A DNA stretch of 64,000 bases from Armatimonadota bacterium (GCA_038248345.1 JBBRXO010000003.1:9361-73360); one strand, 5' to 3'. Shown: positions 41,120-51,358, counted from the stretch's first letter. Numbers and translations: made by a program. The notes: generated by a model not told the origin, from the letters alone.

Positions 41120-42436
41120 TTAAACATCATACCGTTTCCGCAGCCCGTTCTGTGGATCACCTATCGGCGTTCGTTGCGCTGACCCCAGCAGGGCCGCCCG
41201 CGATATCGTCAATTCCCCATAGCGGTCGTTGATGGTATCCAGCGCTCGCTGCAGCGATCTTTTGCTCACCAGGTCTTCCGTCAGCGACAACTGCATCGGA
41301 TGCTTGCCCAGTTCGCTCACGCTGACGTGCAGTTGGATCACCGGATGCGGCAACTGCCCCACCGGCAGGAAGCGCTGCGCCGCCTGGTAGAGCACCTGGC
41401 TGTCATCGCTGGCCTCCGGCAACCGGTAGCGCCCGCCGCGCCCGCGCTCCTCCTCCGGCCCCAGCTCCCCCGCGTAGGCCACCCAGCAGTGGAAGACGCG
41501 CCCGCGGTAGCCCCCCCGGCGCAGCCGCCGTCCTACCCGCTCGCACAGTCGCAGCAGCACGCTGTCCACCTCCTCGCGCCGTGTGGCGGACACCGGCAGG
41601 GTTATTGAATGCCCCATCGACTTCTCCGCTGCCTGCCCGTGATACGGGTTGACGGGGGAAAGGTCTATCCCCTGCCCCCACAGCCAGTACAGGTGGCCCA
41701 GCACCCCAAACTCACGCACTAGCCCGGCGCGTGGGAAGCGCCCCAGTTGCGATACCGTGTAGATGCCCAGCTTCGCCAGCCGCTTCGCCACCCGTGATCC
41801 AATGCCGCATATATCCATCAGCGCAATCTGCGGCAGCAGCGCGGGCACCTGCGCTGCCGTGACGTGGGTGATGCCATCCGGTTTGTGGAAGTGCGACACC
41901 AGCTTGGCGATCATCTTGTTCGGCCCGATGCCGATGGAGGTGGTGACAGTCTCCCCCAGCGCCTCACGCAGCGCCCGCTTGATGGCCTGCGCCAGCATAT
42001 GCACATCGCCGAACTTCCCCACGATCTCCGTGACATCCATGAAGGACTCATCGATAGAGAACGGCTCCACTTTGTCGGTGAAGCTCGTCAGCACCTTCAG
42101 CGCACGCGTACACAGCTCCACATACATGTCCATATCGGGGCTAACCAGGATGATATCGGGACAGAGGCGCAGCGCGTCGCTGACAAAGGTACCTGTTTTG
42201 ATGCCGCGTTTCTTCGCCTCCGGCGAGGCGGCGATGAGCATCGTCCCCCGCGCCGGCCCGCGTATCCCCACCGGCCGATCGCGCAACGGCGGGTACGCCT
42301 GCTGCATACAGCGCGCGAAATAGGAATCGAAGTCCAGCAGAAAGATGACCCGCTCCTCCACCGCCTCCGGGCAAAATGCCGCCTGCGCCTGTGCCTGCAA
42401 ACTACTCTTCATCGCCGCGCGAAATCCGGTAACCAT
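41120..42436 (-). CDS. dinB: Y-family DNA polymerase IV
   Basis: LDFDSYFA, ASPEAKKRGI, SIDESFMD, GPNKMIAKL..KPDG; visibly GC-richer than its neighbours. Confidence 0.93.
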   Translation of the reverse strand: MVTGFRAAMKSSLQAQAQAAFCPEAVEERVIFLLDFDSYFARCMQQAYPPLRDRPVGIRGPARGTMLIAASPEAKKRGIKTGTFVSDALRLCPDIILVSPDMDMYVELCTRALKVLTSFTDKVEPFSIDESFMDVTEIVGKFGDVHMLAQAIKRALREALGETVTTSIGIGPNKMIAKLVSHFHKPDGITHVTAAQVPALLPQIALMDICGIGSRVAKRLAKLGIYTVSQLGRFPRAGLVREFGVLGHLYWLWGQGIDLSPVNPYHGQAAEKSMGHSITLPVSATRREEVDSVLLRLCERVGRRLRRGGYRGRVFHCWVAYAGELGPEEERGRGGRYRLPEASDDSQVLYQAAQRFLPVGQLPHPVIQLHVSVSELGKHPMQLSLTEDLVSKRSLQRALDTINDRYGELTISRAALLGSAQRTPIGDPQNGLRKRYDV

Positions 42437-42442
42437 GCAGTT

Positions 42443-42471
42443 ATTCTACTGCAAACATCTGTGTGTGTAAA
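42443..42471 (-). promoter_or_regulatory. Leaderless sigma70 promoter of dinB with possible LexA box in the spacer
   Basis: Minus strand TTTACA-17 nt-TAGAAT-6 nt-ATG; spacer contains CACACAGATGTTTG, resembling CGAAC-N4-GTTYG. Confidence 0.6.
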
Positions 42472-42582
42472 GTGGTGATGCGGGGACATTGGGCGGTAAT
42501 TTGTATTTTTCTTCACAATGCATGCAGGAGTATCGCTTGCAAATGTCGTAATTGTAAATATCCAAAGTTAAGGAAGTGTAAT

Positions 42583-44721
42583 ATGCCAATTTCGTACCAT
42601 TCTCATCATAGTCCTATCGGCGCGAATGCGTCGTTTACTGTAGGTAAGTTCTTCGGTGGTGGAGGCTTTGCTATTGATACTGGCAAGCCAGCGAAAGAGG
42701 ATGTCTACGTAGGTATCCGCCGTGGTAATGGCCCGGCAGTGAGCCTGCCGTTTTTTAAAAGTACCGATGCTGCCAATTTGGATATTTTCCTGGTAGAAGG
42801 CGCTGCCGAGCAGCCGAATGATGGCATCCAGATACTCGCCTTCCCGGAAGAGCAGATATCGCGTCAACTGGGGTGGGGGACGGACACCTGGACAGCCCCG
42901 GGGGTGACATTCCGCCTCATCACCGCTTTTGATTCTATTCCAGACCCGACAAGTGCCCCGGCAGATGATGTTAAGCTTGCATTCGTCCCGGCTATCATTG
43001 CCGAGGTAACCTTTGACAATTCTACGACCACAGAACCAGCTACCGGATTCTTCTCCATCGGGGGCGCGTCCAAATCATTGCGTACCGTCGATGATGCCAC
43101 CGGCGGCGCAGGTCTCACTGGCGTTGCTTTTCAGCGCGAATGGGGGATGGCTGCTTCCCCTGCTAGTGGGGCACTATCCTTCGTACACTTTTCCCTCGCT
43201 GAAGTGCTGGGGCAAGCGGAACCGGAGACTTTCCGCCTGGGTGCCACCGGCGGTTTGCTGGTCAATCTGGCAGCCGGTGAGGTGAAGACACTCACCGTAG
43301 CACTCGGTTTCTACGAAGGTGACTATGCTACCACTGGCATTGATACACACTATTTTTACACCAAATATTTTACTTCCCTGGAGGAAGTGCTTAATTTTGC
43401 GTTGGATAATGCCCCGAAGCTCATTGCCAGGTCCGAGCAGCGCGATGCTGAACTGAAAGCAACGAAGCTGAACGACGATCAGAAGTTCATGATTGCGCAG
43501 GCCACGCGTAGCTATTACGGCAACACCGAGTTATTGGAGAATGGCGGCAAACCGCTATGGGTGGTGAATGAAGGTGAGTATCAAATGATGAATACCTTCG
43601 ACCTGACGGTGGACATGCTTTTCTATGAGTTACGCTTCAACCCGTGGACAGTAAAGAATGTGCTCGACCAGTTCGCTGAGCGGTACAGCTACTATGACAA
43701 GGTGAAGCACCCGGACGAACCGGGTGTATGGTATCCGGGCGGCATCGCCTTCACTCATGACATGGGCTCACTTAACCAGTTTACCAAGGCGAAGCATTCC
43801 AGCTATGAACGTACTGGGTTAGACGGTTGTTTCTCCCATATGACGCATGAGCAGTTGAATAATTGGGTGCTTTGTGCCGCACTCTATGTAAATCAAACCG
43901 ATGATGAGCACTGGCTAGTGCGTCGGCGTTGTATCCTGAAGGAATGTTTCCAGAGCCTGCTTAATCGTGATGGGCGTACGCCAGAGGAATATGATGGCGT
44001 GATGAACCTGGACAGTTCGCGCTGCGGTGTTAACGGGCAGGAGATTACCACCTATGATTCAATTGATGCCAGTCTCGGGCAGTCTCGTAATAATCTGCAC
44101 GTGGCGGTAAAAACCTGGGCAGCTTATCTCGCCTTGAAAGCGATGTTCACACGCCTTGGTTTGCTTGATGACGCGCAATCATGCGAAGAAGCTGCACAAC
44201 GGACAGCTGCCACCGTGGTCAGTAAATATCTGCCGGAAGAAGGTTTCATTCCGGCGGTATTCGAGAATGACAATCGCTCCGCCATTATCCCGGCTATCGA
44301 AGGTTTGGTCTTCCCCTATCTGCTGGGCGATTTTGATTCAGTGGCCGTAGATGGACGTTTCACTGAGCTTATCCAGACATTGGTGAAACACCTGCAGACC
44401 GTCCTCGTTCCGGGTGTCTGTCTTGATGCCGAGGGACACTGGTGGAAGATGAGTTCTGCCTCGAATAACACCTGGTTCAGCAAAGTGGCTATTAGCCAGT
44501 TCATCGCCCGGCAAATATTGGGGTTTGATTTCGGGGCTGAAGGCCTGGTTCACGATCGTGCTCATGCTGATTGGCAACGAATCGGCTCCACAGAGTGGGC
44601 TATGTGTGATCAGATTGTAAATGGCATCGGGTTGGGGAGTAGATATTACCCGCGCGGCGTTTCCGATATCCTTTGGTTGGAGGAGTCAGTGGAGACAGCG
44701 GTACTGACGCCAAAGAAGTAA
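42583..44721 (+). CDS. Glycoside hydrolase family 52 beta-xylosidase
   Basis: HHSPIGANASFT, WVVNEGEYQMMNTFDLTVD, FTHDMG, EITTYDS, SRYYPRG; start behind AAGGAAG. Confidence 0.93.
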   Translation: MPISYHSHHSPIGANASFTVGKFFGGGGFAIDTGKPAKEDVYVGIRRGNGPAVSLPFFKSTDAANLDIFLVEGAAEQPNDGIQILAFPEEQISRQLGWGTDTWTAPGVTFRLITAFDSIPDPTSAPADDVKLAFVPAIIAEVTFDNSTTTEPATGFFSIGGASKSLRTVDDATGGAGLTGVAFQREWGMAASPASGALSFVHFSLAEVLGQAEPETFRLGATGGLLVNLAAGEVKTLTVALGFYEGDYATTGIDTHYFYTKYFTSLEEVLNFALDNAPKLIARSEQRDAELKATKLNDDQKFMIAQATRSYYGNTELLENGGKPLWVVNEGEYQMMNTFDLTVDMLFYELRFNPWTVKNVLDQFAERYSYYDKVKHPDEPGVWYPGGIAFTHDMGSLNQFTKAKHSSYERTGLDGCFSHMTHEQLNNWVLCAALYVNQTDDEHWLVRRRCILKECFQSLLNRDGRTPEEYDGVMNLDSSRCGVNGQEITTYDSIDASLGQSRNNLHVAVKTWAAYLALKAMFTRLGLLDDAQSCEEAAQRTAATVVSKYLPEEGFIPAVFENDNRSAIIPAIEGLVFPYLLGDFDSVAVDGRFTELIQTLVKHLQTVLVPGVCLDAEGHWWKMSSASNNTWFSKVAISQFIARQILGFDFGAEGLVHDRAHADWQRIGSTEWAMCDQIVNGIGLGSRYYPRGVSDILWLEESVETAVLTPKK

Positions 44722-44794
44722 GTGAAGCTCATTTCGTTGTAATTCGCTAAAACCTATGCTAGGATGTGTCTGGTAAATATATGGGGGGATATAG

Positions 44795-46213
44795 ATGTCA
44801 CGTTTAACAACTATCTTGCTACTACTACTGGTGTTACCTTGTGCGCTATTGGCGGCGCCAGCAGTATCTCCGATGATGCCGGGTGCCTTCTACGATGGTT
44901 CCTGCACGATGGCGCCGCTCTTTGTCGTGAGTGTTTGGATGGGTGCCTATGCTGATTATAATATCGACACCGGGGCAATAACGCTCTATTCCCCTGAGCA
45001 CAAGGTGAGCATGAAAATTGGCAGCGCTAACGCTATCTGTGATGGAAAGGCGCAGGTGTTCCCGTCGGCAGTCATGCTAAAAGACAACATTATATTCGCC
45101 CCGGCGGAGGCTATCGCTTCCGCCTTGGGGGGCGAACTGGTATTGCCCGGTTCTCCCAATTCGCTGACAATTAGCAATCCGAAAACAAAAGAAAAGTTGC
45201 GCCTGTTCCTCGCCGGGCGTGCTGCCCAGGCACAAACATTGTTCGCCGCAGTAATGGCCGACCGTGCCCTTGATGTACAAATTACCTTGAATGTAAATCC
45301 AGAACTGGCACTGGCGACTGACATCGAGAATAACACGTTGCTCCATGTTGCGGCCGTCAATAACAACCGGAATTTACCCGATCCACTATTGAAGAGTGAT
45401 TGTACCAGCAAACTGCCCGAGGTAATGACGAATTCTCTTACAATCGCTAAATTGTTGCTGGAGAAGGGAGTGAGCCCTAATGCGCATAATCGTGCTGGGG
45501 TCACCCCTTTTGCAGCTGCAGCGGGTAAAGGATTGACGCCATTCCATCTATTATTGGCGGAGAATGGCGCAGATGTAAATACTACCTTTGCCGGCGGTTT
45601 CACTCAGTTGATGTATGCCGTCATGCAGGATAACCTGCCTATAGTGCAGTACTTGCTGGCACATGGCGCAGCCCCTGATCTAAAAAACAAAGATGATTTC
45701 TATGCGTTGCATTATGCGTTATCTCCTGATAGCACAGATATGAAGATTGTTAACGCGCTGCTTGATGCGGCGGCTGATCCCAATATTGTTGACGGGAATG
45801 GCTGGACAGCTCTCGATCGCGCCGCCTGGTTTGGTCTGGAGGATGTAGTGGTGGTATTGCTGGCGCATAAGGCAGACCCCAACTCCTCCATGCGTCTGGA
45901 AAAATTGACCCCCCTTCATTCCGCCATAATTGTCCGCGGCGATACTAGCAGGACACTGAAAGGTGATGGCCTGACGATGGCGCGTGAACTGGTGGCTAAG
46001 GACGCGAAAGTGAATGTAAAAAATTACCAGGGTGACACACCGTTACACTTCGCGACACGACAGGGATGGTCGGCAGCAGTAGATTTTCTGCTCGCTAGCG
46101 GAGCCGATGTCAACGCCCGCAATGAGAATAATGAAACCCCATTGCGGATTGCTGTGGAATGGAATTACCTGGCTATTGCGGATGTGCTGGCTAAAAATGG
46201 CGCAAAACAGTAA
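44795..46213 (+). CDS. Secreted ankyrin-repeat protein with N-terminal copper amine oxidase-like (stalk) domain
   Basis: Signal peptide; MAPLFVV..MGA..YN..VSMKIGS..APAEAIASALG; repeated TPLH/GADVN units. Confidence 0.82.
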   Translation: MSRLTTILLLLLVLPCALLAAPAVSPMMPGAFYDGSCTMAPLFVVSVWMGAYADYNIDTGAITLYSPEHKVSMKIGSANAICDGKAQVFPSAVMLKDNIIFAPAEAIASALGGELVLPGSPNSLTISNPKTKEKLRLFLAGRAAQAQTLFAAVMADRALDVQITLNVNPELALATDIENNTLLHVAAVNNNRNLPDPLLKSDCTSKLPEVMTNSLTIAKLLLEKGVSPNAHNRAGVTPFAAAAGKGLTPFHLLLAENGADVNTTFAGGFTQLMYAVMQDNLPIVQYLLAHGAAPDLKNKDDFYALHYALSPDSTDMKIVNALLDAAADPNIVDGNGWTALDRAAWFGLEDVVVVLLAHKADPNSSMRLEKLTPLHSAIIVRGDTSRTLKGDGLTMARELVAKDAKVNVKNYQGDTPLHFATRQGWSAAVDFLLASGADVNARNENNETPLRIAVEWNYLAIADVLAKNGAKQ

Positions 46214-46222
46214 GGTGGGACG

Positions 46223-47029
46223 GTGGCCGCTATTCAATCAACACCAGTGACAGCGATTCTCATTCGTGGTCACGATTATGGAGAAGGCCACCGCCTGCTA
46301 ACCTTGCTGACACGGGAAGCGGGCAAGATTACTGCTGTTGCGCGTGGTATTCGTAAACCCAAAGCTAAATTGGCCTCCATCTTGCAGCATTTCACCAAAG
46401 CGACGCTTGACCTCACCACTGGTCGCCAATTCGCCATTATCACCGGTGCGCAAATGCTGGACTCATATTACGGTTTGCGCGCTGATTTACGCTCCTTCGC
46501 CAACGCCTCCTACCTATGTGAGCTTTTTGATGAAACATTGGAGGATAACCAGGGGGCTCCGGAGTTGTTTGATTTACTCGCCGCGGCTTTGTCGCAAAAC
46601 GATAAGGGAACTGCAACCGAAATGAGTAACCGATATGTTGAGATCCATTTAATCTCCGCATTGGGGTATTTGCCGCGCCTGACCCATTGTGCTCATTGTA
46701 ATGCCCCGCTGGCAGTTGCTGATGAAGCGGGGAAGACGATATGGCCGGTCTGGCTGGGTTTTACCGCAGCGCATGGCGGGGCCTTGTGCATCAATTGCTT
46801 GCCGCTGGTACCTGGTGCCCGCCGGATCGCTGCGGGCACTATACAGGTTTCCCTATTGATGCTTAACATGGAAATGGAGACGCTTAGCGCACTCAATTTA
46901 TCGACTCAGCTCAAAAAAGAGATTGAAATTACCTACCGAGATTACCTGGAATATCAATTAGGACGTGAATTGCGCAGTTCTCGGTACATAAATGCATTCA
47001 CCAATGACGAAATATCACGTATAATATAG
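46223..47029 (+). CDS. recO: DNA repair protein RecO
   Basis: DYGEGHRLLTLLTREAGKITAVARG, CAHC..GGALCINC zinc finger. Confidence 0.93.
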   Translation: MAAIQSTPVTAILIRGHDYGEGHRLLTLLTREAGKITAVARGIRKPKAKLASILQHFTKATLDLTTGRQFAIITGAQMLDSYYGLRADLRSFANASYLCELFDETLEDNQGAPELFDLLAAALSQNDKGTATEMSNRYVEIHLISALGYLPRLTHCAHCNAPLAVADEAGKTIWPVWLGFTAAHGGALCINCLPLVPGARRIAAGTIQVSLLMLNMEMETLSALNLSTQLKKEIEITYRDYLEYQLGRELRSSRYINAFTNDEISRII

Positions 47030-47103
47030 TCGACTACTGGGAATACTATATTAGTAAATAGGTAAAATTCAGGAAAGTAGCAGTAGCACAGGTCACAGCA
47101 ACT

Positions 47104-48531
47104 ATGATAGAACAGACAAAGACATCGGTACTCATCAAAGCAAAAGCGGGTAACAACGTTCGCCCCCTGCTGATCACCGGAATTATTATCCTCGGCATCG
47201 CGCTTATCTTCAGTGCGCTCCTGGTAATTGCTCAACCACGCGATGGTAAAATTGCCAGTGGTGTTTTCGCGCTGGGAGTAGATTTAAGCGATTTGACTCC
47301 TGAATCGGCTACCGCCAAAGTAGCTGCTGTTATTCCCGAGGTTATCGGCCAGCCGATAACTATGCGTGCGGGTGATGTAGACAAGAAGACTACGTTAAAA
47401 GAGATAGGTGTAGCGTTGGATGCCACTGCGGTGGTGAAGCAGGCAGTAGCTATCGGGCGTACGGTCTCCCCCTTTAAAAATTTGCTGCATATGGTGAAGC
47501 TGAGCGAACAGCAGGCGTTGGCATCGTTGCCTTTTACATTACAGGATGATAAGGCCAAAGAGATCGTCACAGCAATGGCGAAGGATGTTGATGTACCAGC
47601 AAAGGATGCTACCGGTAAATGGGACAGCACCGCTGCGAAGATGAAGGTAACCCCGGAGCAGACCGGGAAGAAGCTTGATATTGAAGGCAGTATCGGCAAA
47701 ATTAAGAGCGACCTGATGCCTGTATTACAAGATTGTCGAGATTACCCTCCGACACTGGAGTTACCTTTTGCGGAACAGGCACCCAAAGTAACTGCATCGA
47801 TACTCGGACAAATAGATAGTCCCATTGGCGATTTCACCACCGCCTACGCCACCAGTACTAATAACCGCGCCAGTAACGTAGAGACGGCCGCGAAGACGAT
47901 AAATAATACCCTATTGATGCCGGGTGAGGAATTCTCTTTCAATAAGGTAGTTGGCCCGCGTACCGTGGATGCAGGTTTTGTTACCGCCCCGGTGATTATG
48001 GATGGTCAGTTGCAGCCGGGCATGGGTGGGGGCATCTGCCAAGTATCTACCACACTCTATAACGCTGCGCTGCTGGCAAATTTGAAGATAACCAAGCGTA
48101 GTCACCACTCGCTGCCAATTCACTACGCCCCTCCAGGTCGCGACGCAACTGTGGCATATGATTCTTTGGATCTACGCTTCGAGAACAGCACCAATGCCCC
48201 TATTCTTATCAATACCTATGCTAGTGACCGCAAGCTGACTGTGAGCATTTACGGCAAAGGGCCGGCCCCGAAAGTGAACATTGTATTGAGCAATCAATAC
48301 AATATGCCGATTAAGAACATCAATAAGGTTGATCCCAACTTGCCCAAAGGCTACACCAAAGTCGAATCCCCCGGTAAAGCCGGCAAAGCTGTCACAGTGA
48401 CGCGAGTAGTAGGCGAAGGTGCTGACGCCAAACGCGAACAGCTTTCCAGTGACAAATATAATGGCTCGCCAAGTATCACTATAGTGGGCACCGGGCCAGA
48501 GACGTTGCCAGTACCAGTACCAGTAGAGTAG
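47104..48531 (+). CDS. VanW family protein (PG-binding, VanW, G5-like)
   Basis: N-terminal TM helix; PGEEFSFNKVVGPR, GGGICQVSTTLYNA, GRDATVAY..DLRFEN. Confidence 0.9.
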   Translation: MIEQTKTSVLIKAKAGNNVRPLLITGIIILGIALIFSALLVIAQPRDGKIASGVFALGVDLSDLTPESATAKVAAVIPEVIGQPITMRAGDVDKKTTLKEIGVALDATAVVKQAVAIGRTVSPFKNLLHMVKLSEQQALASLPFTLQDDKAKEIVTAMAKDVDVPAKDATGKWDSTAAKMKVTPEQTGKKLDIEGSIGKIKSDLMPVLQDCRDYPPTLELPFAEQAPKVTASILGQIDSPIGDFTTAYATSTNNRASNVETAAKTINNTLLMPGEEFSFNKVVGPRTVDAGFVTAPVIMDGQLQPGMGGGICQVSTTLYNAALLANLKITKRSHHSLPIHYAPPGRDATVAYDSLDLRFENSTNAPILINTYASDRKLTVSIYGKGPAPKVNIVLSNQYNMPIKNINKVDPNLPKGYTKVESPGKAGKAVTVTRVVGEGADAKREQLSSDKYNGSPSITIVGTGPETLPVPVPVE

Positions 48532-48680
48532 AGTAGTAAAGCCACTCACTGGCATACCTGAAACGCATTTAGTATCAAAAATACTACACTTCAATGCAGA
48601 CTTGACGCCAGTGTACCCCCGGATATTATTTATGCAAAAAATCCAGTATGCTAGTTGGCAGGTTACTGCTTAAGGGGATA

Positions 48681-49493
48681 ATGATGGCAATAGCGGCGAA
48701 AAAGATATTCCAAGTGATGGCACGTATAGTCGAGATGCGGGGGCTGAGTACTGGGTACTACCTGTTGAAGGTGGTGGCGCCGGAGATTGCTAGTGCGGCG
48801 TTGCCGGGACAGTTTGCCCAGTTGCGGGTGCGCACGGGAGCGGTAGTTGATCCGCTGCTGGCGCGGCCCATCAGCATTTATCGTGTCGATAGAGAACGCG
48901 GAGAAGTGGAGTTCATCTTCAAAGTGCTGGGGCGTGGCACTGGGCTACTGGCAGAGAATGTGCCGGACACTGAGATCAGTATCCTTGGGCCGATAGGCAA
49001 CGGCTTTTCCGTCCCGGATACAGCGCAACATATTGCACTGGTGGGCGGTGGGGTGGGGATGCCGCCGCTTTATTTCCTAGCAGAGGAGCTGAAGCGGACG
49101 CGCCCGGAGCTGCAAGTAACATTCTTCTATGGCGGGCGCGGCTGTGACGATCTGCTGGAGCTGGACCGCTGGGAGAAGCTGGGAGCCATAGTAGTATCCG
49201 CCACCGAGGATGGTTCCGCCTGCCACTTCGGACTGGTAACAGTGCCGCTGTTGGCAGCCTGCCAAACTCAGCAATTCGATTACCTGGCGGCGTGTGGGCC
49301 GAAGCCGATGTTACGCGCGGTACAGCAGTTGGCACTGGCGGCGGGCGTCGCCGGACAACTATCGCTGGAGGAGCGCATGGCCTGCGGGGTGGGAGCGTGC
49401 CTCGGATGTGTGTGCTCCACTACCGGCGGGCGGCAACGCGTCTGCGTAGACGGGCCGGTGTTTGCGCTGGATGAGGTGAAATTCGATGGCTGA
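48681..49493 (+). CDS. pyrK: Dihydroorotate dehydrogenase electron transfer subunit
   Basis: RPISI, GGGVGMPP, CGPKPM, MACGVGACLGC..VCVDGPVF; overlaps pyrD. Confidence 0.93.
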   Translation: MMAIAAKKIFQVMARIVEMRGLSTGYYLLKVVAPEIASAALPGQFAQLRVRTGAVVDPLLARPISIYRVDRERGEVEFIFKVLGRGTGLLAENVPDTEISILGPIGNGFSVPDTAQHIALVGGGVGMPPLYFLAEELKRTRPELQVTFFYGGRGCDDLLELDRWEKLGAIVVSATEDGSACHFGLVTVPLLAACQTQQFDYLAACGPKPMLRAVQQLALAAGVAGQLSLEERMACGVGACLGCVCSTTGGRQRVCVDGPVFALDEVKFDG

Positions 49494-50397
49494 CATGACG
49501 GTGAAGATTGGGACGCTGACGCTGAAGAATCCGGTAGTGCCGGCCAGCGGCACCTACGGCTACGGGCGCGAGTATAGCAGTCTGTACACCCCGGAGGTTT
49601 GGGGGGCGGTGGTGACCAAGGGAGTCTCACCGGTTGCCTGGCCCGGCAACGATACCCCGCGGCTCTGCGAGACGCCGGCCGGGATGCTCAACGCCATTGG
49701 GTTGCAGAATCCGGGGGTGGAGAGCTTCATCAGCGAGGCGCTGCCGTGGCTAGCGCAGTATGACGTGCCGGTGATCGTTAATATTGTAGGCAAATCCATT
49801 GAGGAATATGCGGTGGTGGCGGCACGGCTGCAAGAGTGTGCCGGGGTTGACGCCTTCGAGCTGAACATCAGTTGCCCGAATGTGAAAGAGGGCGGCATCG
49901 CCTTCGGCACTGATCCGGCGGCGGCGGCGGCGGTGACGGCGGCAGTACGGCGGGTGACGAACAAGCCACTGATCGTGAAGCTCTCGCCCAATGTCACCGA
50001 CATCACCGTTATCGCCCGTGCGGTGGAGGCGGAGGGGGCGGATGCGCTGAGCATCACCAACACACTGCTGGGGATGGCGATAGATGTGAAGATGCGCCGT
50101 CCGGTGCTGGCCAATGTGGTGGGCGGCCTCTCCGGCCCCGCCATCAAGCCGGTGGCGTTGCGCATGGTGTGGCAGACCTACCAGCGGGTGAAGATCCCCA
50201 TCATCGGCATGGGGGGCATCACCTCGGTTACTGATGCGCTGGAGTTCCTCATGGCTGGCGCTAGCGCCGTGGCCATCGGCACCGGATTATATGTCGATCC
50301 CTATACTCCGCAGAAGGTGCTGGCGGGGATAGCAGAGTATATGGCGACAGCGGGATTCACTTCTATAGCCGAAATAACCGGATTAGCACAAAAATAG
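49486..50397 (+). CDS. pyrD: Dihydroorotate dehydrogenase family 1B catalytic subunit
   Basis: ASGT, NAIGLQNPG, NISCPN, KLSPNVTDI, GGLSGPAIKP. Confidence 0.96.
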   Translation: MADMTVKIGTLTLKNPVVPASGTYGYGREYSSLYTPEVWGAVVTKGVSPVAWPGNDTPRLCETPAGMLNAIGLQNPGVESFISEALPWLAQYDVPVIVNIVGKSIEEYAVVAARLQECAGVDAFELNISCPNVKEGGIAFGTDPAAAAAVTAAVRRVTNKPLIVKLSPNVTDITVIARAVEAEGADALSITNTLLGMAIDVKMRRPVLANVVGGLSGPAIKPVALRMVWQTYQRVKIPIIGMGGITSVTDALEFLMAGASAVAIGTGLYVDPYTPQKVLAGIAEYMATAGFTSIAEITGLAQK

Positions 50398-50410
50398 TCG
50401 TATTCAGATA

Positions 50411-50454
50411 TTGACATGATGGCGCTAAGAAGGATATTGTTACATTTAGTACAA
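50411..50454 (+). promoter_or_regulatory. Candidate promoter with overlapping Rex-like site
   Basis: TTGACA at 50411; 18-bp TTGTTAC-ATTT-AGTACAA at 50437-50454 overlapping the expected -10. Confidence 0.4.
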
Positions 50455-50771
50455 GGGAAGATCAATTATTGGAGAGATATCACAATAAGATAAGGTTTTA
50501 TTGGTAGAATGCCAGGTAATGGCCAGGTATTAATCAGGAAGCGCACACTGTAGCTCAATGTTTTTCGTCACAATTTCAGGAGGCGGGATGATGAGTATTT
50601 TGCAGGAAGCATTCCCAACCATCATCACACCTCCTGTGGTAGTGATGGTGAATTATTTCATTTGTTGGATAGTCCTCGCTGATTCCCCATCAGCTGGGCG
50701 AGAAATTGTGCGGCGTGTGCAATCAGTAAGTATTTATCCACTCACTATCCCTGATTTGAAGGGACTACTAC

Positions 50772-50812
50772 GCCTGAGTTTGCTCTTTAGCTAAGCGAAT
50801 TCGGGCTTTTTT
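50772..50812 (+). terminator. Intrinsic terminator/attenuator immediately upstream of hydC
   Basis: GCCTGAGTTTGCT/AGCGAATTCGGGC 13-bp stem with 3 G-U pairs plus T6, ending ~35 nt before the hydC ATG. Confidence 0.7.
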
Positions 50813-50846
50813 GCGTCTGCATATCATAGACGAACGAGGAATCAAA

Positions 50847-51347
50847 ATGGAGAAAATCGAAACAACCTGTACCTGCGGCGAAGAGACTGATGAAGCGAAG
50901 CGCGCGCGGATCATCGAGATCATCGATGAATTTAAGGGACGTGATGGCAGCCTGATCCAGATACTGCATCTGGTGCAGGGGGTGTATGGATACCTGCCGT
51001 TGGAGATTCAGCAGTTGATCGCCGAGAGGATGGATATCCCCCTTTCGGAGGTCTACGGCGTAACGACTTTCTACTCATTCTTTTCCACGCAACCACGGGG
51101 GAAGAACACCATAAGCGTTTGTATGGGCACCGCCTGCTATGTGCGGGGGAGCGCCAAACTGCTGAAAAGACTGTCAGAAATGCTGGGGGTTGAGGTAGGT
51201 TCTACCACCGAAGACCGCAAGTATACGTTGGAGGTCATGCGCTGTATGGGTGCCTGTGGGTTGGCCCCGGCGGTGATGGTGAACGGCGAAGTTATTCCAC
51301 AAGTTAATCCAGAAAAATTGAATCGTATCCTTGATAAGTGCGATTAG
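50847..51347 (+). CDS. hydC: [FeFe]-hydrogenase gamma subunit (NuoE-like 2Fe-2S)
   Basis: VCMGTAC..RCMGACGLAP; RBS GAGGA. Confidence 0.9.
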   Translation: MEKIETTCTCGEETDEAKRARIIEIIDEFKGRDGSLIQILHLVQGVYGYLPLEIQQLIAERMDIPLSEVYGVTTFYSFFSTQPRGKNTISVCMGTACYVRGSAKLLKRLSEMLGVEVGSTTEDRKYTLEVMRCMGACGLAPAVMVNGEVIPQVNPEKLNRILDKCD

Positions 51348-51358
51348 GAGAAAAGGTA

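Noticed and set aside
42501-42518. Rex-like 18-mer TTGTATT-TTTC-TTCACAA upstream of GH52
   Set aside because: The left half matches poorly and AT-rich context makes a chance match plausible
50558-50794. 78-aa ORF in the hydrogenase leader
   Set aside because: No recognisable motif, and it overlaps the RNA stems and terminator. A leader peptide from the ATG behind CAGGAGG cannot be excluded but is unsupported.
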